From: an uncultured delta proteobacterium
GTDB lineage: Bacteria > Desulfobacterota > Desulfobacteria > Desulfobacterales > QNYZ01
DNA length: 64,000 nt
Assembly: GCA_963845145.1 (NCBI GenBank)
Contig: CAWJQU010000008.1
Location: forward strand, 96,001-160,000
Direction of reading: 5' to 3'
Part shown: piece after piece, positions 39,030 to 49,581 of the stretch
Layout of the letters: each line of letters opens with the position of its first letter
Position numbering within the stretch: position 1 is the first letter of the stretch
Position numbers and translations under genes: made by a program
Notes under the pieces: model-generated
What the model saw: only the letters and a program-made list of their open reading frames with translations
What the model was told of the DNA's origin: nothing
The model's database searches: none

Positions 39030-40193
39030 TCAAGCGGATCCGACGCCGTTTTCCCGGTTTTGATTGAGTCTTTTCAGCGATGCGGATAGAAATTTATCAA
39101 AATCAGTATCAAAATCAGTAAGGATAAAATGGATGGCCACGTTTACCACGACTAGATCCAGCGGGAATTTAATCCGACGCTCAATTCGTACAAAATCCTT
39201 GGCTGTGGTCACCAGACAATCCGCCCCCGCTTGTAACGCTTCTTGACCAATGGCAAGAAGGTCCTGATGGGTATATTGGTAATGATCGGAAAAACCACTT
39301 TGGCCGACGACCTCGCCATGCAATCTTTCTACGGATTGAAAAAAATCGTTATTCCTGGCAATCGCCGAAAAGGCAAATACCCGCCGCCCAACGATCTCAC
39401 ACGCGTCTGCCAACGGATTGGCCCCGGTACCCGGCTGATGCCCTACCGGCAGCATGCCCTCGATAACCGGTTGGTGGGAAGCTTGAAAAACCGGCTTAGC
39501 ATCGACGTAAGGTTGCACAACACTAGAAAGCGGTTGGCCTTTCTCAGCCCGGGTAAACACCACCACATCCGCTCGTTTTATGGCCGCCAACGGTTCTCTT
39601 AGAATCCCCCGGGGAAGTAGATAACCATTTCCCATGGGCCGGTGGTTGTCCAACAATAAAATATTGAGATCGCGTGCCAGACGAATATGTTGAAACCCGT
39701 CGTCTAAAAGAATCAGGTCCGGCTGAAATTGTTTGATAGCCAGGCATCCGGAGCGGTAACGATCCTGTCCGACAATAACCGGGATACCCGTTAATGATGA
39801 CGCCAGCATGAAAGGTTCATCCCCCGCCATTTCGGGCGTCATGAGAACCGTTGTGCCATCGCTGACCACCCCACCCTTTCGCTCAGCGCGCCCTTTGTAA
39901 CCACGGCTGAGTATCACCGGGTGATATCCCAGATGTTGGGCGTGTCGAGCAATAAATTGGGTCATGGGTGTCTTACCGGTTCCGCCGGCCACCAGGTTGC
40001 CGATCGAAACCACGGGGCAAGAGAGACGGTGTGTCCGCCGCCATCCTCGTTGATAGGCCACACATCTAAGCCAATGCGCTCCGCCATACAATAGCGACAG
40101 GAAGGATAGAAAACGCAGCCATAGCCCGTTGGCATTCTCAGGATGGGTGTTATTTAAATGATCCGAGCCTATCAACCGGCGGAGAGATCCCAT
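39030..40193 (-). CDS. lpxK: Tetraacyldisaccharide 4'-kinase
   Basis: SIGNLVAGGTGKTP, SRGY, GDEP, LDDGFQH, LPRGILRE; start at ATG 40193. Confidence 0.95.
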   Translation of the reverse strand: MGSLRRLIGSDHLNNTHPENANGLWLRFLSFLSLLYGGAHWLRCVAYQRGWRRTHRLSCPVVSIGNLVAGGTGKTPMTQFIARHAQHLGYHPVILSRGYKGRAERKGGVVSDGTTVLMTPEMAGDEPFMLASSLTGIPVIVGQDRYRSGCLAIKQFQPDLILLDDGFQHIRLARDLNILLLDNHRPMGNGYLLPRGILREPLAAIKRADVVVFTRAEKGQPLSSVVQPYVDAKPVFQASHQPVIEGMLPVGHQPGTGANPLADACEIVGRRVFAFSAIARNNDFFQSVERLHGEVVGQSGFSDHYQYTHQDLLAIGQEALQAGADCLVTTAKDFVRIERRIKFPLDLVVVNVAIHFILTDFDTDFDKFLSASLKRLNQNRENGVGSA

Positions 40194-40195
40194 GT

Positions 40196-41272
40196 TCAGG
40201 CCGCCGTGGCCGTTAGGTAAATGCCAAAGAACAAAAAAACAGCATTGGCCGTCCAGGCAGCCACCACCGGCGGCAGCACTTCGCCATAGCCCAAAGATAT
40301 GAAAAGGCCGTATCCGGTCCAGTATAAAAAGGCGATACCGATCGCCACGGCAATGACGATGGGCAGGCTCTCCTTGGATCTTATTTTTGCGGCGATGCCG
40401 GTTCCGATAAGGCTCATCAAAAGACAAACAAAAGGAAACGCGGCTTTAGCATGCAGATCCACCCAGTAAGGAGTGGCATCATAGCCTTCATCTTCCACTT
40501 GATCAATATAACTTAAAAGTTCGACAAACCCCATCTCCTCGGAACCCCTAACCACCCGGGTGAGGTCTTCAGGTTGCAAGCCAAGGGATTCTATGGCTTC
40601 TTCATAAAGGGCAACATCGTAGATTTGCGTGGCCGCATTGTACTTTTGCTCCATCACATCATTCAAAATCCAGGCACCCGCTTTAAATACGCCCTTTTTC
40701 GCATCCACCCGCCGGACCAGGTTGAAAGCCGGATCGAATTCATACATCACCACGCCAAAGGTGGTATTTTTGGCGGGATTGTAGTGGTCGATATGGATAA
40801 TCTTCCCTTTTTCCTTGATCCAGATATTTCGTTCGCGGGACGTATTGACACTCTTTTTCTTTACCTCTTCCAACCAGATGCGGTTGGCCTTGCTGATCAT
40901 AACGGGTACCGCTGATTCGGAAATAAAAAAGAGTAGCAACCCCATAGCAATGCCGACTGCCAGTACCGGCTTGAGCAGAGGGATAACACCCACACCACTG
41001 CTTCTAAAAGCGATTAGCTCATTATGCCGATTCATCAAGCCAAAGGTAATAATGACGGATAACAGCAAACAGATGGGAACCATCTGAGCGACGACAAAGG
41101 GAAGCTTATAGGCAAAATAGGCCAGAATTCTTGATACGGAAATGCCAGCCTCGATAAAGTTATCTATTTTCTCAAAAAAATCGACGATATAAAAAAGAAA
41201 TATTAATGCCACCATAAGGATTGCAAAGTGCCGGGCCACTTCTTTTATCAGATAGCGATTGATAATGGACAT
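40196..41272 (-). CDS. lptG: LPS export ABC transporter permease LptG
   Basis: INRYL, NELIAFRSSG, LPPVVAAW; second of the lptF/G pair. Confidence 0.9.
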   Translation of the reverse strand: MSIINRYLIKEVARHFAILMVALIFLFYIVDFFEKIDNFIEAGISVSRILAYFAYKLPFVVAQMVPICLLLSVIITFGLMNRHNELIAFRSSGVGVIPLLKPVLAVGIAMGLLLFFISESAVPVMISKANRIWLEEVKKKSVNTSRERNIWIKEKGKIIHIDHYNPAKNTTFGVVMYEFDPAFNLVRRVDAKKGVFKAGAWILNDVMEQKYNAATQIYDVALYEEAIESLGLQPEDLTRVVRGSEEMGFVELLSYIDQVEDEGYDATPYWVDLHAKAAFPFVCLLMSLIGTGIAAKIRSKESLPIVIAVAIGIAFLYWTGYGLFISLGYGEVLPPVVAAWTANAVFLFFGIYLTATAA

Positions 41273-41277
41273 AGCGG

Positions 41278-42477
41278 CTACGCACCAGATGGGGGTAAAG
41301 GCGGGGTCGGATTGTTCGAGTGTTCCCGACCGGGCCGGAAAAAATGGATAAATTGAAATGTGCGATTATGGGCGGACCGGTAAAAAAAATAGAGCGCAAT
41401 CATCAAAATCGCGAAATTGGGCGTCCACATTCCGATAATCGGCGGGTACAGACCGGTTTCGCCAAATACCTTGCCGGCAGACATCAGGGCATAATAGATA
41501 AAAAGGAACCCCAGGCCCAACCCCAACCCGTAGGTTTTGCGCAACCCGCTCGATAAAATCCCCAGAGGCACGGCCAAAACCCCCAAAAACAAACACGACA
41601 TCGGAATGGCAAATTTATTGTGAAAGGTGATCAACCGCGAATAATAGCGGCTGTCTTTTTCCTTGGCACTTCGTATGTAGTCAGCCAGCTCAGCCAGACT
41701 CATCTCCTTGCGGTGCTTGTGTTCACCTTGGGGAGCGGCAGCGGTTACCGCAGGTTTTAAGTCCATTTTTAATTCATAGGTACCGAATTTTATTGAATTG
41801 ACCGTTTGGTGTTTTAAATTGGCTTGATTATAGGTACCGTCAAACAGCCGTGCACGGGAGACAAGCCTATCCGGACCCTTTAACAGGACCATACGTGGGG
41901 CCACGATAGTGCTCACCATGTTTTTGATGCGCCGGTCTTCAATAAACACATCCCGCAACTCCTTGGTCCACGGATCAATCTCATTGACATAGATCGTGAC
42001 ACCATCAAAATTATCGCTGAAAGTTCGCTCTTTTAGCCCGATCTCCAGATTTGCCACTGCCACCTGATAGGTCAACTCTCTTAAAGCCAGACGGCCCCAG
42101 GGCAACCCGTAAACCGACACCCAGAATGTCAACGCCACGCCGATCAGGCTAAAACCAATAACGGGTGGTAAAAGTCTTGCGATTCCCACGCCGCCTGCCC
42201 TTAAGGCAATGATTTCGTTATCACCGGACATGCGCAGAAAGGTTAGAAGGACACTGGTCATAACCGCAATGGGAATCACGTAAACGAGAAAATAAGGTAT
42301 AAAGTAAACGATCATTCGAAAAACCGTGCCCAGCCCAACATTGTAGTTGATAACCATATGCGTGATATCCAGGATTTTGGTCATCAAAAACACGAAAGTA
42401 AAGAAAACCAGGTTGAGGGTAAAGGGCAAAAAAAGTTCTTTGAAAATATATCTGTCGATGATCGTATTTAATTTCAT
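41278..42477 (-). CDS. lptF: LPS export ABC transporter permease LptF
   Basis: IDRYIFKE, RMSGDNEIIALRAGG, GMWTPN. Confidence 0.9.
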   Translation of the reverse strand: MKLNTIIDRYIFKELFLPFTLNLVFFTFVFLMTKILDITHMVINYNVGLGTVFRMIVYFIPYFLVYVIPIAVMTSVLLTFLRMSGDNEIIALRAGGVGIARLLPPVIGFSLIGVALTFWVSVYGLPWGRLALRELTYQVAVANLEIGLKERTFSDNFDGVTIYVNEIDPWTKELRDVFIEDRRIKNMVSTIVAPRMVLLKGPDRLVSRARLFDGTYNQANLKHQTVNSIKFGTYELKMDLKPAVTAAAPQGEHKHRKEMSLAELADYIRSAKEKDSRYYSRLITFHNKFAIPMSCLFLGVLAVPLGILSSGLRKTYGLGLGLGFLFIYYALMSAGKVFGETGLYPPIIGMWTPNFAILMIALYFFYRSAHNRTFQFIHFFRPGREHSNNPTPPLPPSGA

Positions 42478-42598
42478 GGGTCGAATTGGCCCCGGGAATT
42501 ATGCCACTGTAAGGATCAACACCCTTGGCTTAATCCTGATGGTTCGAGGCCAAGAATGAAAAATATTATACGCTTGCCTGCCCGCCTGCGACAATAAA

Positions 42599-44365
42599 TC
42601 AAGCGGATATCACCATATCTCGGGACGACTGAATGTTGCACAGCTTGTAATAGGGCCCTTGCGCGTCGAATAACGTTTGATGGGTTCCTTCCTCGACGAT
42701 GCGCCCGGCTTCGACAACGATAATGCGATCGGCATACCGAATCGTGGATAGCCGGTGAGCGATGACAAAAGTGGTTCGTCCCTGCATGAGATTTTCAAGT
42801 GCTTTTTGAACCAACTGCTCGGATTTGGAATCCAGGGAGGAGGTTGCCTCGTCTAAAATTAAAATCGGGGCATCCTTCAAAAGGGCCCTGGCAATACACA
42901 AACGCTGTTTTTCACCGCCGGACAGACGGTCGCCAAGTTCTCCTACCAGGGTATCGTAGCCCTTGGGAAATCCAACGATAAAATCATGGGCATAGGCGGC
43001 CCTGGCGGCCGCCTCCACTTCCTTTTGCGAAGCATTCTGACGGCCATAAGCGATATTGTTGCGGACCGAATCATTAAATAATATCGGTTCCTGAGTGACG
43101 ATGGCGATCTGACGGCGCAACGATTCGATCGATGCAAGACGAAGATCCTGACCGTTGATTAATATCTTCCCCTGGGTCACATCGAAAAAGCGCAGAATCA
43201 GGTTCACCAGCGTTGTCTTCCCGCCGCCGCTGGGACCGACCAAAGCCAAAATCTCACCGGGACGGACGTCCAGGTTGATGTCTGTGATCACCATTTCATC
43301 ATCGCCATATCCGAAGCAAACATCCTTAAAAATCACACGGTGAGGCCCGCTGGGTATGACGATCGGCGCGTCAACCTCTTTAATATCGGACGAATGTTCG
43401 ATAATATCGAACACCCGGTCGGCAGCGGCCATCCCCTGCTGAATGGTATTATTAAACTTGCTCAACCGTCGGACCGGATCGTAAAGAAGCAAAACCGCGG
43501 CAATAAAAGAGGTAAAAGTGCCCACGGTCTGCGTACCGGCGATGACCCTGTGGCCCCCAAACCAGATGATAAAGGCGATTCCAATCCCACCCAGAAAGTC
43601 CATCACCGGTGACGAAAGCGCCCGGACAATAACCTGTTTCATCTGAAGCCTGAACAGATCGGAAGACTTTTTATCAAACCGCTCCTTTTCGTGGGCTTCC
43701 ATGCCAAAAGCCTTAACGATTTTGTTTCCGGTGAACGTCTCAAATAAAAAAACGCTCAGATCGGCCATGGATGCCTGATATCCTGTGCTATACCGACGAA
43801 TACGCCGCCCGAACGCGGTAATGGGGTAAAAGGCGATGGGAAGCACCAGGGTCGCCGCCAGGGCCAGTTGCCAATCCTGCGAGTAAATATACGCCACAAA
43901 ACCCAGAATCATCACGGCGTCTTTTACAATACCGGTCATGGCGTCTGATATCATCTCACGAACAATACTGACATCGTGGGTTATCCGCGCCATGAGTGAG
44001 CCCGTTTTTTCTTGCTGAAAAAATGAAAGGGGAAGGTCCTGAATGCGGCTGTACAGCCGATTCCGAAGCCGCATAACAATCTTCTCACCCACATATTTCA
44101 TCAGGTAGGCCTGGTAATACATGGCGGTTCCACGAACCAAAAAAAGACCAAGAATACCCAAGGGGATCAGATTCAGCATTTGGGTGTCTTTGTTGACGAA
44201 GATATCGTCTAATACGTGCTTTAACACGAAGGGGATCGCCACCTGAGTAGCCGCCACCATCACCATGGCGAAAAGGGCCAGAAACAGTCGTCCCCGGTGA
44301 TCTTTAACCATCCGTAGCAGATCGCCTATGCGCCCTTTAAACAGTTTGGAAAAGTATATCGGCAT
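42599..44365 (-). CDS. msbA: Lipid A flippase (ABC permease/ATPase)
   Basis: TMD plus NBD (GPSGGGKTT, LSGGEKQR, LDEATSSLD, IAHRLST); follows lpxB. Confidence 0.9.
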   Translation of the reverse strand: MPIYFSKLFKGRIGDLLRMVKDHRGRLFLALFAMVMVAATQVAIPFVLKHVLDDIFVNKDTQMLNLIPLGILGLFLVRGTAMYYQAYLMKYVGEKIVMRLRNRLYSRIQDLPLSFFQQEKTGSLMARITHDVSIVREMISDAMTGIVKDAVMILGFVAYIYSQDWQLALAATLVLPIAFYPITAFGRRIRRYSTGYQASMADLSVFLFETFTGNKIVKAFGMEAHEKERFDKKSSDLFRLQMKQVIVRALSSPVMDFLGGIGIAFIIWFGGHRVIAGTQTVGTFTSFIAAVLLLYDPVRRLSKFNNTIQQGMAAADRVFDIIEHSSDIKEVDAPIVIPSGPHRVIFKDVCFGYGDDEMVITDINLDVRPGEILALVGPSGGGKTTLVNLILRFFDVTQGKILINGQDLRLASIESLRRQIAIVTQEPILFNDSVRNNIAYGRQNASQKEVEAAARAAYAHDFIVGFPKGYDTLVGELGDRLSGGEKQRLCIARALLKDAPILILDEATSSLDSKSEQLVQKALENLMQGRTTFVIAHRLSTIRYADRIIVVEAGRIVEEGTHQTLFDAQGPYYKLCNIQSSRDMVISA

Positions 44366-44413
44366 ATGGTTCTTATCGTTTCATGGGGGCCGTTGAATTA
44401 TCCCGTTCCAATA

Positions 44414-45547
44414 TTATTTAATCAACTTAAACGCAAGTTCGGCCACACTGTCAGCGGCACCGCCGGTACCGAGTTTTTTGCGAACCATTGCCAGTTTTCG
44501 GCGGATGGTATCCGTACGGTTTTTCATGTTCAAAATCGTTCCCACCTCACCGGCAATATTTTCCGGCGTTGCCTGATTCTGAATCAACTCGGGAACAACT
44601 CCCTCTTGGGCAATAAGATTGACCAGGCTGATGTGGTTGACCCGGATCAAGAGCCGTCCCAAAAGATAACTCAGGGGCGATACCTTATAAATGACCACCA
44701 TTGGTACACCGGCGATGGCGGCCTCAAGAGTGACGGTACCCGATGCCGCCACGACCAGGTGGCATCGCGGAAACAGCCCCCTTGCACCACCATCGACTAT
44801 TTCACACGTTGGCGACGTTGGGGCGAGGTCCCGAATCATCGTCTGAATCAAGGGATATTGAGCCCGGTCCGCCGGGGCCAACAAAAACCGCGCCGACGCG
44901 AACGTTCGACTGATCAGTGGCAGACTCGCCAACATGGTCGGTAGATGACGCTCGATTTCCTGTCTTCGCGAGCCGGGCAGAAGCCCGATGACCGGAAAGG
45001 GGCTGGGTGCCGGTTCGACCGGATCGGACCACTTGTGGTCAAGCAAAGGGTGCCCTACATACGTCGCCGGCACAGCATTGGCATGAAAAAAGTCGGTCTC
45101 AAAGGGAAAAATCACCGCCATGTGGTCCACCCGCTGTCGAATGACGCGGACGCGGCCTGTCCGCCAGGCCCAAATCTGGGGGCTGATGTAGTAAAGAACC
45201 CGAATGCCCAGGGCTTTTGCGGTTTTGGCGACAATAAGGTTAAAATCGGGAAAATCAATCAGGATCAGCAAGGAGGGACGAATCCGCCTCAGGGCCTGTT
45301 TGACAATCCGAAGCCCCCTCAGAATTGATCCGGCATGCACCAACACCTCAGTGATACCGACGACGCTCAATGACGCGGCATCCACCAGAATGTTCACACC
45401 GGAAGCAGCCATGGCCGCCCCCCCCATGCCGACAAACGCTATGTCCGGACGTTTTTGGCGCATGGTCCGCACCAGCTGAGCCCCATGGAGATCACCCGAT
45501 GCTTCACCGGCGATAATCATTACCTGCTTTTTTTCTGCTGCGCCCAT
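44414..45547 (-). CDS. lpxB: Lipid-A-disaccharide synthase
   Basis: AGEASGDLHG, IDFPDFN, SPQIWAWR, VGHPL, LLPGSR, SGTVTLE. Confidence 0.97.
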   Translation of the reverse strand: MGAAEKKQVMIIAGEASGDLHGAQLVRTMRQKRPDIAFVGMGGAAMAASGVNILVDAASLSVVGITEVLVHAGSILRGLRIVKQALRRIRPSLLILIDFPDFNLIVAKTAKALGIRVLYYISPQIWAWRTGRVRVIRQRVDHMAVIFPFETDFFHANAVPATYVGHPLLDHKWSDPVEPAPSPFPVIGLLPGSRRQEIERHLPTMLASLPLISRTFASARFLLAPADRAQYPLIQTMIRDLAPTSPTCEIVDGGARGLFPRCHLVVAASGTVTLEAAIAGVPMVVIYKVSPLSYLLGRLLIRVNHISLVNLIAQEGVVPELIQNQATPENIAGEVGTILNMKNRTDTIRRKLAMVRKKLGTGGAADSVAELAFKLIK

Positions 45548-45570
45548 CGTTTGGCCCCTCACGTTGGGGG

Positions 45571-46539
45571 CTACCCGGTTAGCCGCTGGGTGTTCGCTTC
45601 GATCTGATCGACGATATTCAACGCCACGGCCAGCGCATTGCGTCCTGCTTCACCCGGAATCTTCGACTCTTTACGTGTGCGAACCGATTGAATAAATGAA
45701 TGTAATTCCGTGCTCAAAGCATCGGCTTCTTCAAATTGACGACTATGGATTTGCATTCCCGGAATCAGCCCCGGCTCTTTCCCGTTTCCTCTTTTTACAG
45801 AAACAATTTCACGCTTCGCAAAATCCACCGCGATATAAGCATTTTTCTGAAACAATCGAATTTTGCGTTGGTTCTTCATGGAAACCCGACTGGTCGTGAC
45901 GTTGGCCACACAACCATTATCAAACTCTAAACGGGCATTGGCGATATCAACCCGATCCGTAATCACCGCCACGCCGGAAGCGTGAATCCCCTTTATTTTT
46001 GATCCGACAAAATTAAGGAGGATATCGATATCGTGAATCATCAAATCCAATACAACGCTGACATCCGTTGCCCGCTCCTTGAAAACACTCAAACGATGCG
46101 ATTCGATAAACATGGGACCGTCAATCACATCCGCCAGGGCCATGACCGCCGGATTGAACCGTTCCAGATGCCCGACCTGAATGATCAGGCTTTTGTCCCT
46201 GGCTAACGCGATCAGCTGATCCGCTTCCTTCAGGGTCGTTGTCATCGGTTTTTCAATCAGCACGTCCACACCGTTTTCAAGAAAATCATGGCTAATGGCA
46301 AAATGCGACGGTGTCGGCGTCACAATGCTGACCGCGTCGACTTTCCCATAAATCTCCGTGTGGCGCATATATGCCCGAGTATCAAGCCGGTCCGCCGCTT
46401 CACGGGCGCTAGCCTCATCCACATCCACAACCCCAACGAGGTCAACATCCTTCATTTGAGCATATTTTTCGGCATGAAATTTACCCAGATACCCCACACC
46501 GATAACACCTACGCGTAATTTTCGATTTTGCCGGTCCAT
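45571..46539 (-). CDS. gnnA: Gfo/Idh/MocA oxidoreductase, probable UDP-GlcNAc 3-dehydrogenase GnnA
   Basis: GVGYLG..H, IEKP, VGHLERFNP, DVSVVLDLMIHDID; located between lpxA and lpxB. Confidence 0.75.
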   Translation of the reverse strand: MDRQNRKLRVGVIGVGYLGKFHAEKYAQMKDVDLVGVVDVDEASAREAADRLDTRAYMRHTEIYGKVDAVSIVTPTPSHFAISHDFLENGVDVLIEKPMTTTLKEADQLIALARDKSLIIQVGHLERFNPAVMALADVIDGPMFIESHRLSVFKERATDVSVVLDLMIHDIDILLNFVGSKIKGIHASGVAVITDRVDIANARLEFDNGCVANVTTSRVSMKNQRKIRLFQKNAYIAVDFAKREIVSVKRGNGKEPGLIPGMQIHSRQFEEADALSTELHSFIQSVRTRKESKIPGEAGRNALAVALNIVDQIEANTQRLTG

Positions 46540-46605
46540 CGCTCTCCGCCAACCGTTATGGTTATACGGTTATAATTTTGAGAAATTTAAACTAAGCTGC
46601 AGTCA

Positions 46606-47376
46606 TCAGCGGGTAACCCCGCGATTCGAGCTTTGAATGAATTTGACCAGGTTCATTACTTCGGGCACCTTTTCCAGCTCAGCACTGATCCGCTCAATGG
46701 CTTCGTTTAAAGTCAGGCCGATTCGAAAAAGGATTCTATAGGCGCGTTTGAGGGCTAAAAGGGTCTCTTTGCTGAACCCGTGCCGCTTCAGGCCGACGTT
46801 GTTAAGGCCGTGCAACCGGGCCCGATCACCGGCGGCGATGACATACGGCGGGATGTCTTTAACGACCGCCGATTTTCCACCGACGTAAGCATAAGCACCA
46901 ATTCTCACGAACTGGTGGATGGCCACGAGCCCCCCAATGGTAGCATGGTCTTCACAAATAATGTGCCCCGCCAGGGTGGCATTATTGGCCATGATGACCC
47001 CTTTTCCGGTCTTGCAATCGTGAGCCACATGGGTATAGGCCATCAGAAAATTGTTCTCGCCCACTTCCGTGACCCCGCCGCCAAAGGCGGTACCCCGGTT
47101 AAGCGTGGCGAACTCGCGAATAACCGTTCCCCGTCCTATTCTTAAATAGGTTTCTTCGCCCTGGTACTTTAATGCCTGGGGGGCCGCCCCCACTGAAACG
47201 TGATCAAAAATGTGGCAATCGGCGCCGATTTCTGTAAACCGGTCGATGGTGACATGACTGCCGATTTTCACCCCTGGCCCAATGGTGACGTTGTCCTTGA
47301 TAATGGTGTAAGGCCCGACGGAAACCGTCGTATCCAGATCCGCTTTTTTACCGATAATTGCTGTTGTATGTATCAT
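46606..47376 (-). CDS. lpxA: Acyl-ACP--UDP-GlcNAc O-acyltransferase
   Basis: Hexapeptide repeats, HVAHDC, LAGH, HQFVRIG, GLNNVGLKR. Confidence 0.96.
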   Translation of the reverse strand: MIHTTAIIGKKADLDTTVSVGPYTIIKDNVTIGPGVKIGSHVTIDRFTEIGADCHIFDHVSVGAAPQALKYQGEETYLRIGRGTVIREFATLNRGTAFGGGVTEVGENNFLMAYTHVAHDCKTGKGVIMANNATLAGHIICEDHATIGGLVAIHQFVRIGAYAYVGGKSAVVKDIPPYVIAAGDRARLHGLNNVGLKRHGFSKETLLALKRAYRILFRIGLTLNEAIERISAELEKVPEVMNLVKFIQSSNRGVTR

Positions 47377-47822
47377 GAGCTCCGTCCAAAAGATGCCATC
47401 ATTTCCGCTTCCGCTGCCAGTTTTCCGTCCACTTTCGCCGTTCCACTCATTTTGGCGGCCGTAGATCGGGCTCTTAACAATTCAACGTCTAATACCAATT
47501 GATCCCCAGGAACCACCGGTTTTCGAAAACGCACCCGGTCCATGGCGGTAAAATAAAATATCAACTGGTCATCGTCCTTTTTATCCGCCGTTTCCCACGC
47601 CAGGAGCCCTCCCGCCTGGGCCATAGCCTCGACGATCAACACGCCAGGCATGATCGGTTCGGACGGAAAGTGCCCGGCGAAAAAGGGCTCATTGATGGTC
47701 ACGTTTTTAATCGCCGTTATGCGTTTACCGGGAACCAGTTCTATAATCCGATCGATCATCAGAAACGGATATCGATGCGGTAACCGTTTCATGATGGAAA
47801 GAATATCGTATGATTTTTCCAT
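47373..47822 (-). CDS. fabZ: 3-hydroxyacyl-ACP dehydratase
   Basis: LPHRYPFL, NEPFFAGHFP, MPGVLIVEAMAQ. Confidence 0.97.
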   Translation of the reverse strand: MEKSYDILSIMKRLPHRYPFLMIDRIIELVPGKRITAIKNVTINEPFFAGHFPSEPIMPGVLIVEAMAQAGGLLAWETADKKDDDQLIFYFTAMDRVRFRKPVVPGDQLVLDVELLRARSTAAKMSGTAKVDGKLAAEAEMMASFGRSS

Positions 47823-47887
47823 TAAAGCTCCTTCGTATGCCACAACCCCACGGCACTGCACCTTCTGGGATCGAAAAACATCTGTCG

Positions 47888-48907
47888 TTATTTTTGATTC
47901 TTCCCTACTCGCTTCTCCAGGCGTGCAAGCCGCTTTACTATTTCGGGAAGTCTGGGAATAATTAGGCTGACTTTAAGCCACAGGCGATGGGGCATTTCCG
48001 GCGCGCCGGATACTATCTGTCCATCACCAATGGATTTGGCCACCCCGGCCCGGGGACCGATCGTCACGTTATCCCCAATGCGTAAATGACCGGCCACGGC
48101 CGCCTGTCCGGCGATAATCGCATGTCTCCCCAAAGTCGTGCTGCCGGCGATGCCAACCTGGGCCACCAGCACCGAATGCTCCCCCACGATCACATTATGG
48201 GCAATATGAACGAGGTTATCCGTTTTGACGCCCTTTTTGAGCCAGGTTTTCCCGAAAGTGGCCCTGTCGATCGTATTGTTGGCACCGATTTCCACATCGT
48301 CATCAATCTGAACGATACCTGTTTGCGGTATTTTGACATACGCTTCGCCGTCCGGAACAAATCCATAGCCATCACTACCAACAACAGTGCCGGCATGAAT
48401 AATCACGCGACTTCCGATACGGCACCGCTCCCCGATGGTGACATTGGAATGAATAATGACATCGTCGCCCAAGGTCACCTCGGGTCCGATGGTCGCCCCG
48501 GCGTGGATTTGGACCCGGTGACCGCAGCGGACATTCTTTGCGATCACCGCACAGGGGCCGACATAAACAGACGCTCCACTTGAAAAATCCGGCGCGACGC
48601 TGGCTTTGGCATCAATGCCGGTACCCGGATCCCGAGGCGGTAAAAACCTGCCAACGATATCGGCAAAAGCCAAGCGCGGATTATCCACCTGAATCAGGTT
48701 CCGGTTTGGCGTCCCAAAAGAGCGGGGAACAATCACCGCCCCCGCCCGGGTATCATCGATCTGTTTTAAAAAGGCCGGTCGATCCGCAAAAGTGATGTCC
48801 TCAGCCGTTGCCTGCTCAAATGGGCTGACGCCGGAAATCAATCGATCGGGGTCCCCGCTCACCTCACCCCCCACCAGATTCGCTATCTCCTGTAGTGATC
48901 GCCTCAT
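47888..48907 (-). CDS. lpxD: UDP-3-O-acylglucosamine N-acyltransferase
   Basis: [30 protein letters not shown]. Confidence 0.96.
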   Translation of the reverse strand: MRRSLQEIANLVGGEVSGDPDRLISGVSPFEQATAEDITFADRPAFLKQIDDTRAGAVIVPRSFGTPNRNLIQVDNPRLAFADIVGRFLPPRDPGTGIDAKASVAPDFSSGASVYVGPCAVIAKNVRCGHRVQIHAGATIGPEVTLGDDVIIHSNVTIGERCRIGSRVIIHAGTVVGSDGYGFVPDGEAYVKIPQTGIVQIDDDVEIGANNTIDRATFGKTWLKKGVKTDNLVHIAHNVIVGEHSVLVAQVGIAGSTTLGRHAIIAGQAAVAGHLRIGDNVTIGPRAGVAKSIGDGQIVSGAPEMPHRLWLKVSLIIPRLPEIVKRLARLEKRVGKNQK

Positions 48908-48913
48908 TCGTGT

Positions 48914-49468
48914 TTATTCCGTACCTTTTTTCGTTTCGGCGGCCACTTTTTTATCGTATTGCTCAATCACCAACGGGGTGATGTCCAGGGTCTCTTTGGA
49001 ATAAATAACGCCCCCGGCTCGCTTTTCCAGTACCATCAGGTAATCTTTATCTTTAGCAATCCGATCAACCAGGCTGAAAACGTCATCCTGAATTTTACTG
49101 ATCACTTTGGTTTCCAGTTTTTTAATGTTCGATTGATACTTGGCCTCTAAGCTTTTAAAATCATTGAACTTGATCCGTATTTCCCGCTGTTTTTCTTCCC
49201 GCGCTTCTTTATTCAACACCATTCGTTCAAGCTCCAGTTTTTTCTCCAACGCCTTAATCTCATCACGCTTTTCCTTTAAATCAGCCTTCATTTTTTCCGC
49301 TTCGATATTGATCTTTGCCTGGGCGGCCTTTCCGGCACTGGAGGTCTCCAAAATCTGTTGAAAATCGATGAGGGCCATCGAACCCTTTTCCGCACTCAAA
49401 GCTTGAGTGGTCAAAAAACCCGCTAAAATGACGGAGATCAACATAATTCTGACTATCTTTGACATCAT
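48914..49468 (-). CDS. skp: OmpH/Skp periplasmic chaperone
   Basis: Signal peptide, coiled-coil body, DIT..V near the C-terminus; lies between bamA and lpxD. Confidence 0.9.
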   Translation of the reverse strand: MMSKIVRIMLISVILAGFLTTQALSAEKGSMALIDFQQILETSSAGKAAQAKINIEAEKMKADLKEKRDEIKALEKKLELERMVLNKEAREEKQREIRIKFNDFKSLEAKYQSNIKKLETKVISKIQDDVFSLVDRIAKDKDYLMVLEKRAGGVIYSKETLDITPLVIEQYDKKVAAETKKGTE

Positions 49469-49581
49469 AGACTCCCTTTTACAGGTCAATATTTAAAAAA
49501 TTTCCATATATTAGCGGATGGTAAATAGCCGCCATAATCCTATAACCGAGCAGACCGATTACAATTTGGGTTAAAATGGGG

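Noticed and set aside
40194..40427. N-terminal extension of the lpxK ORF (likewise the comF, gpsA, livG and livH extensions)
   Set aside because: Overlaps the upstream gene or lacks family similarity; downstream ATGs give family-typical N-termini.
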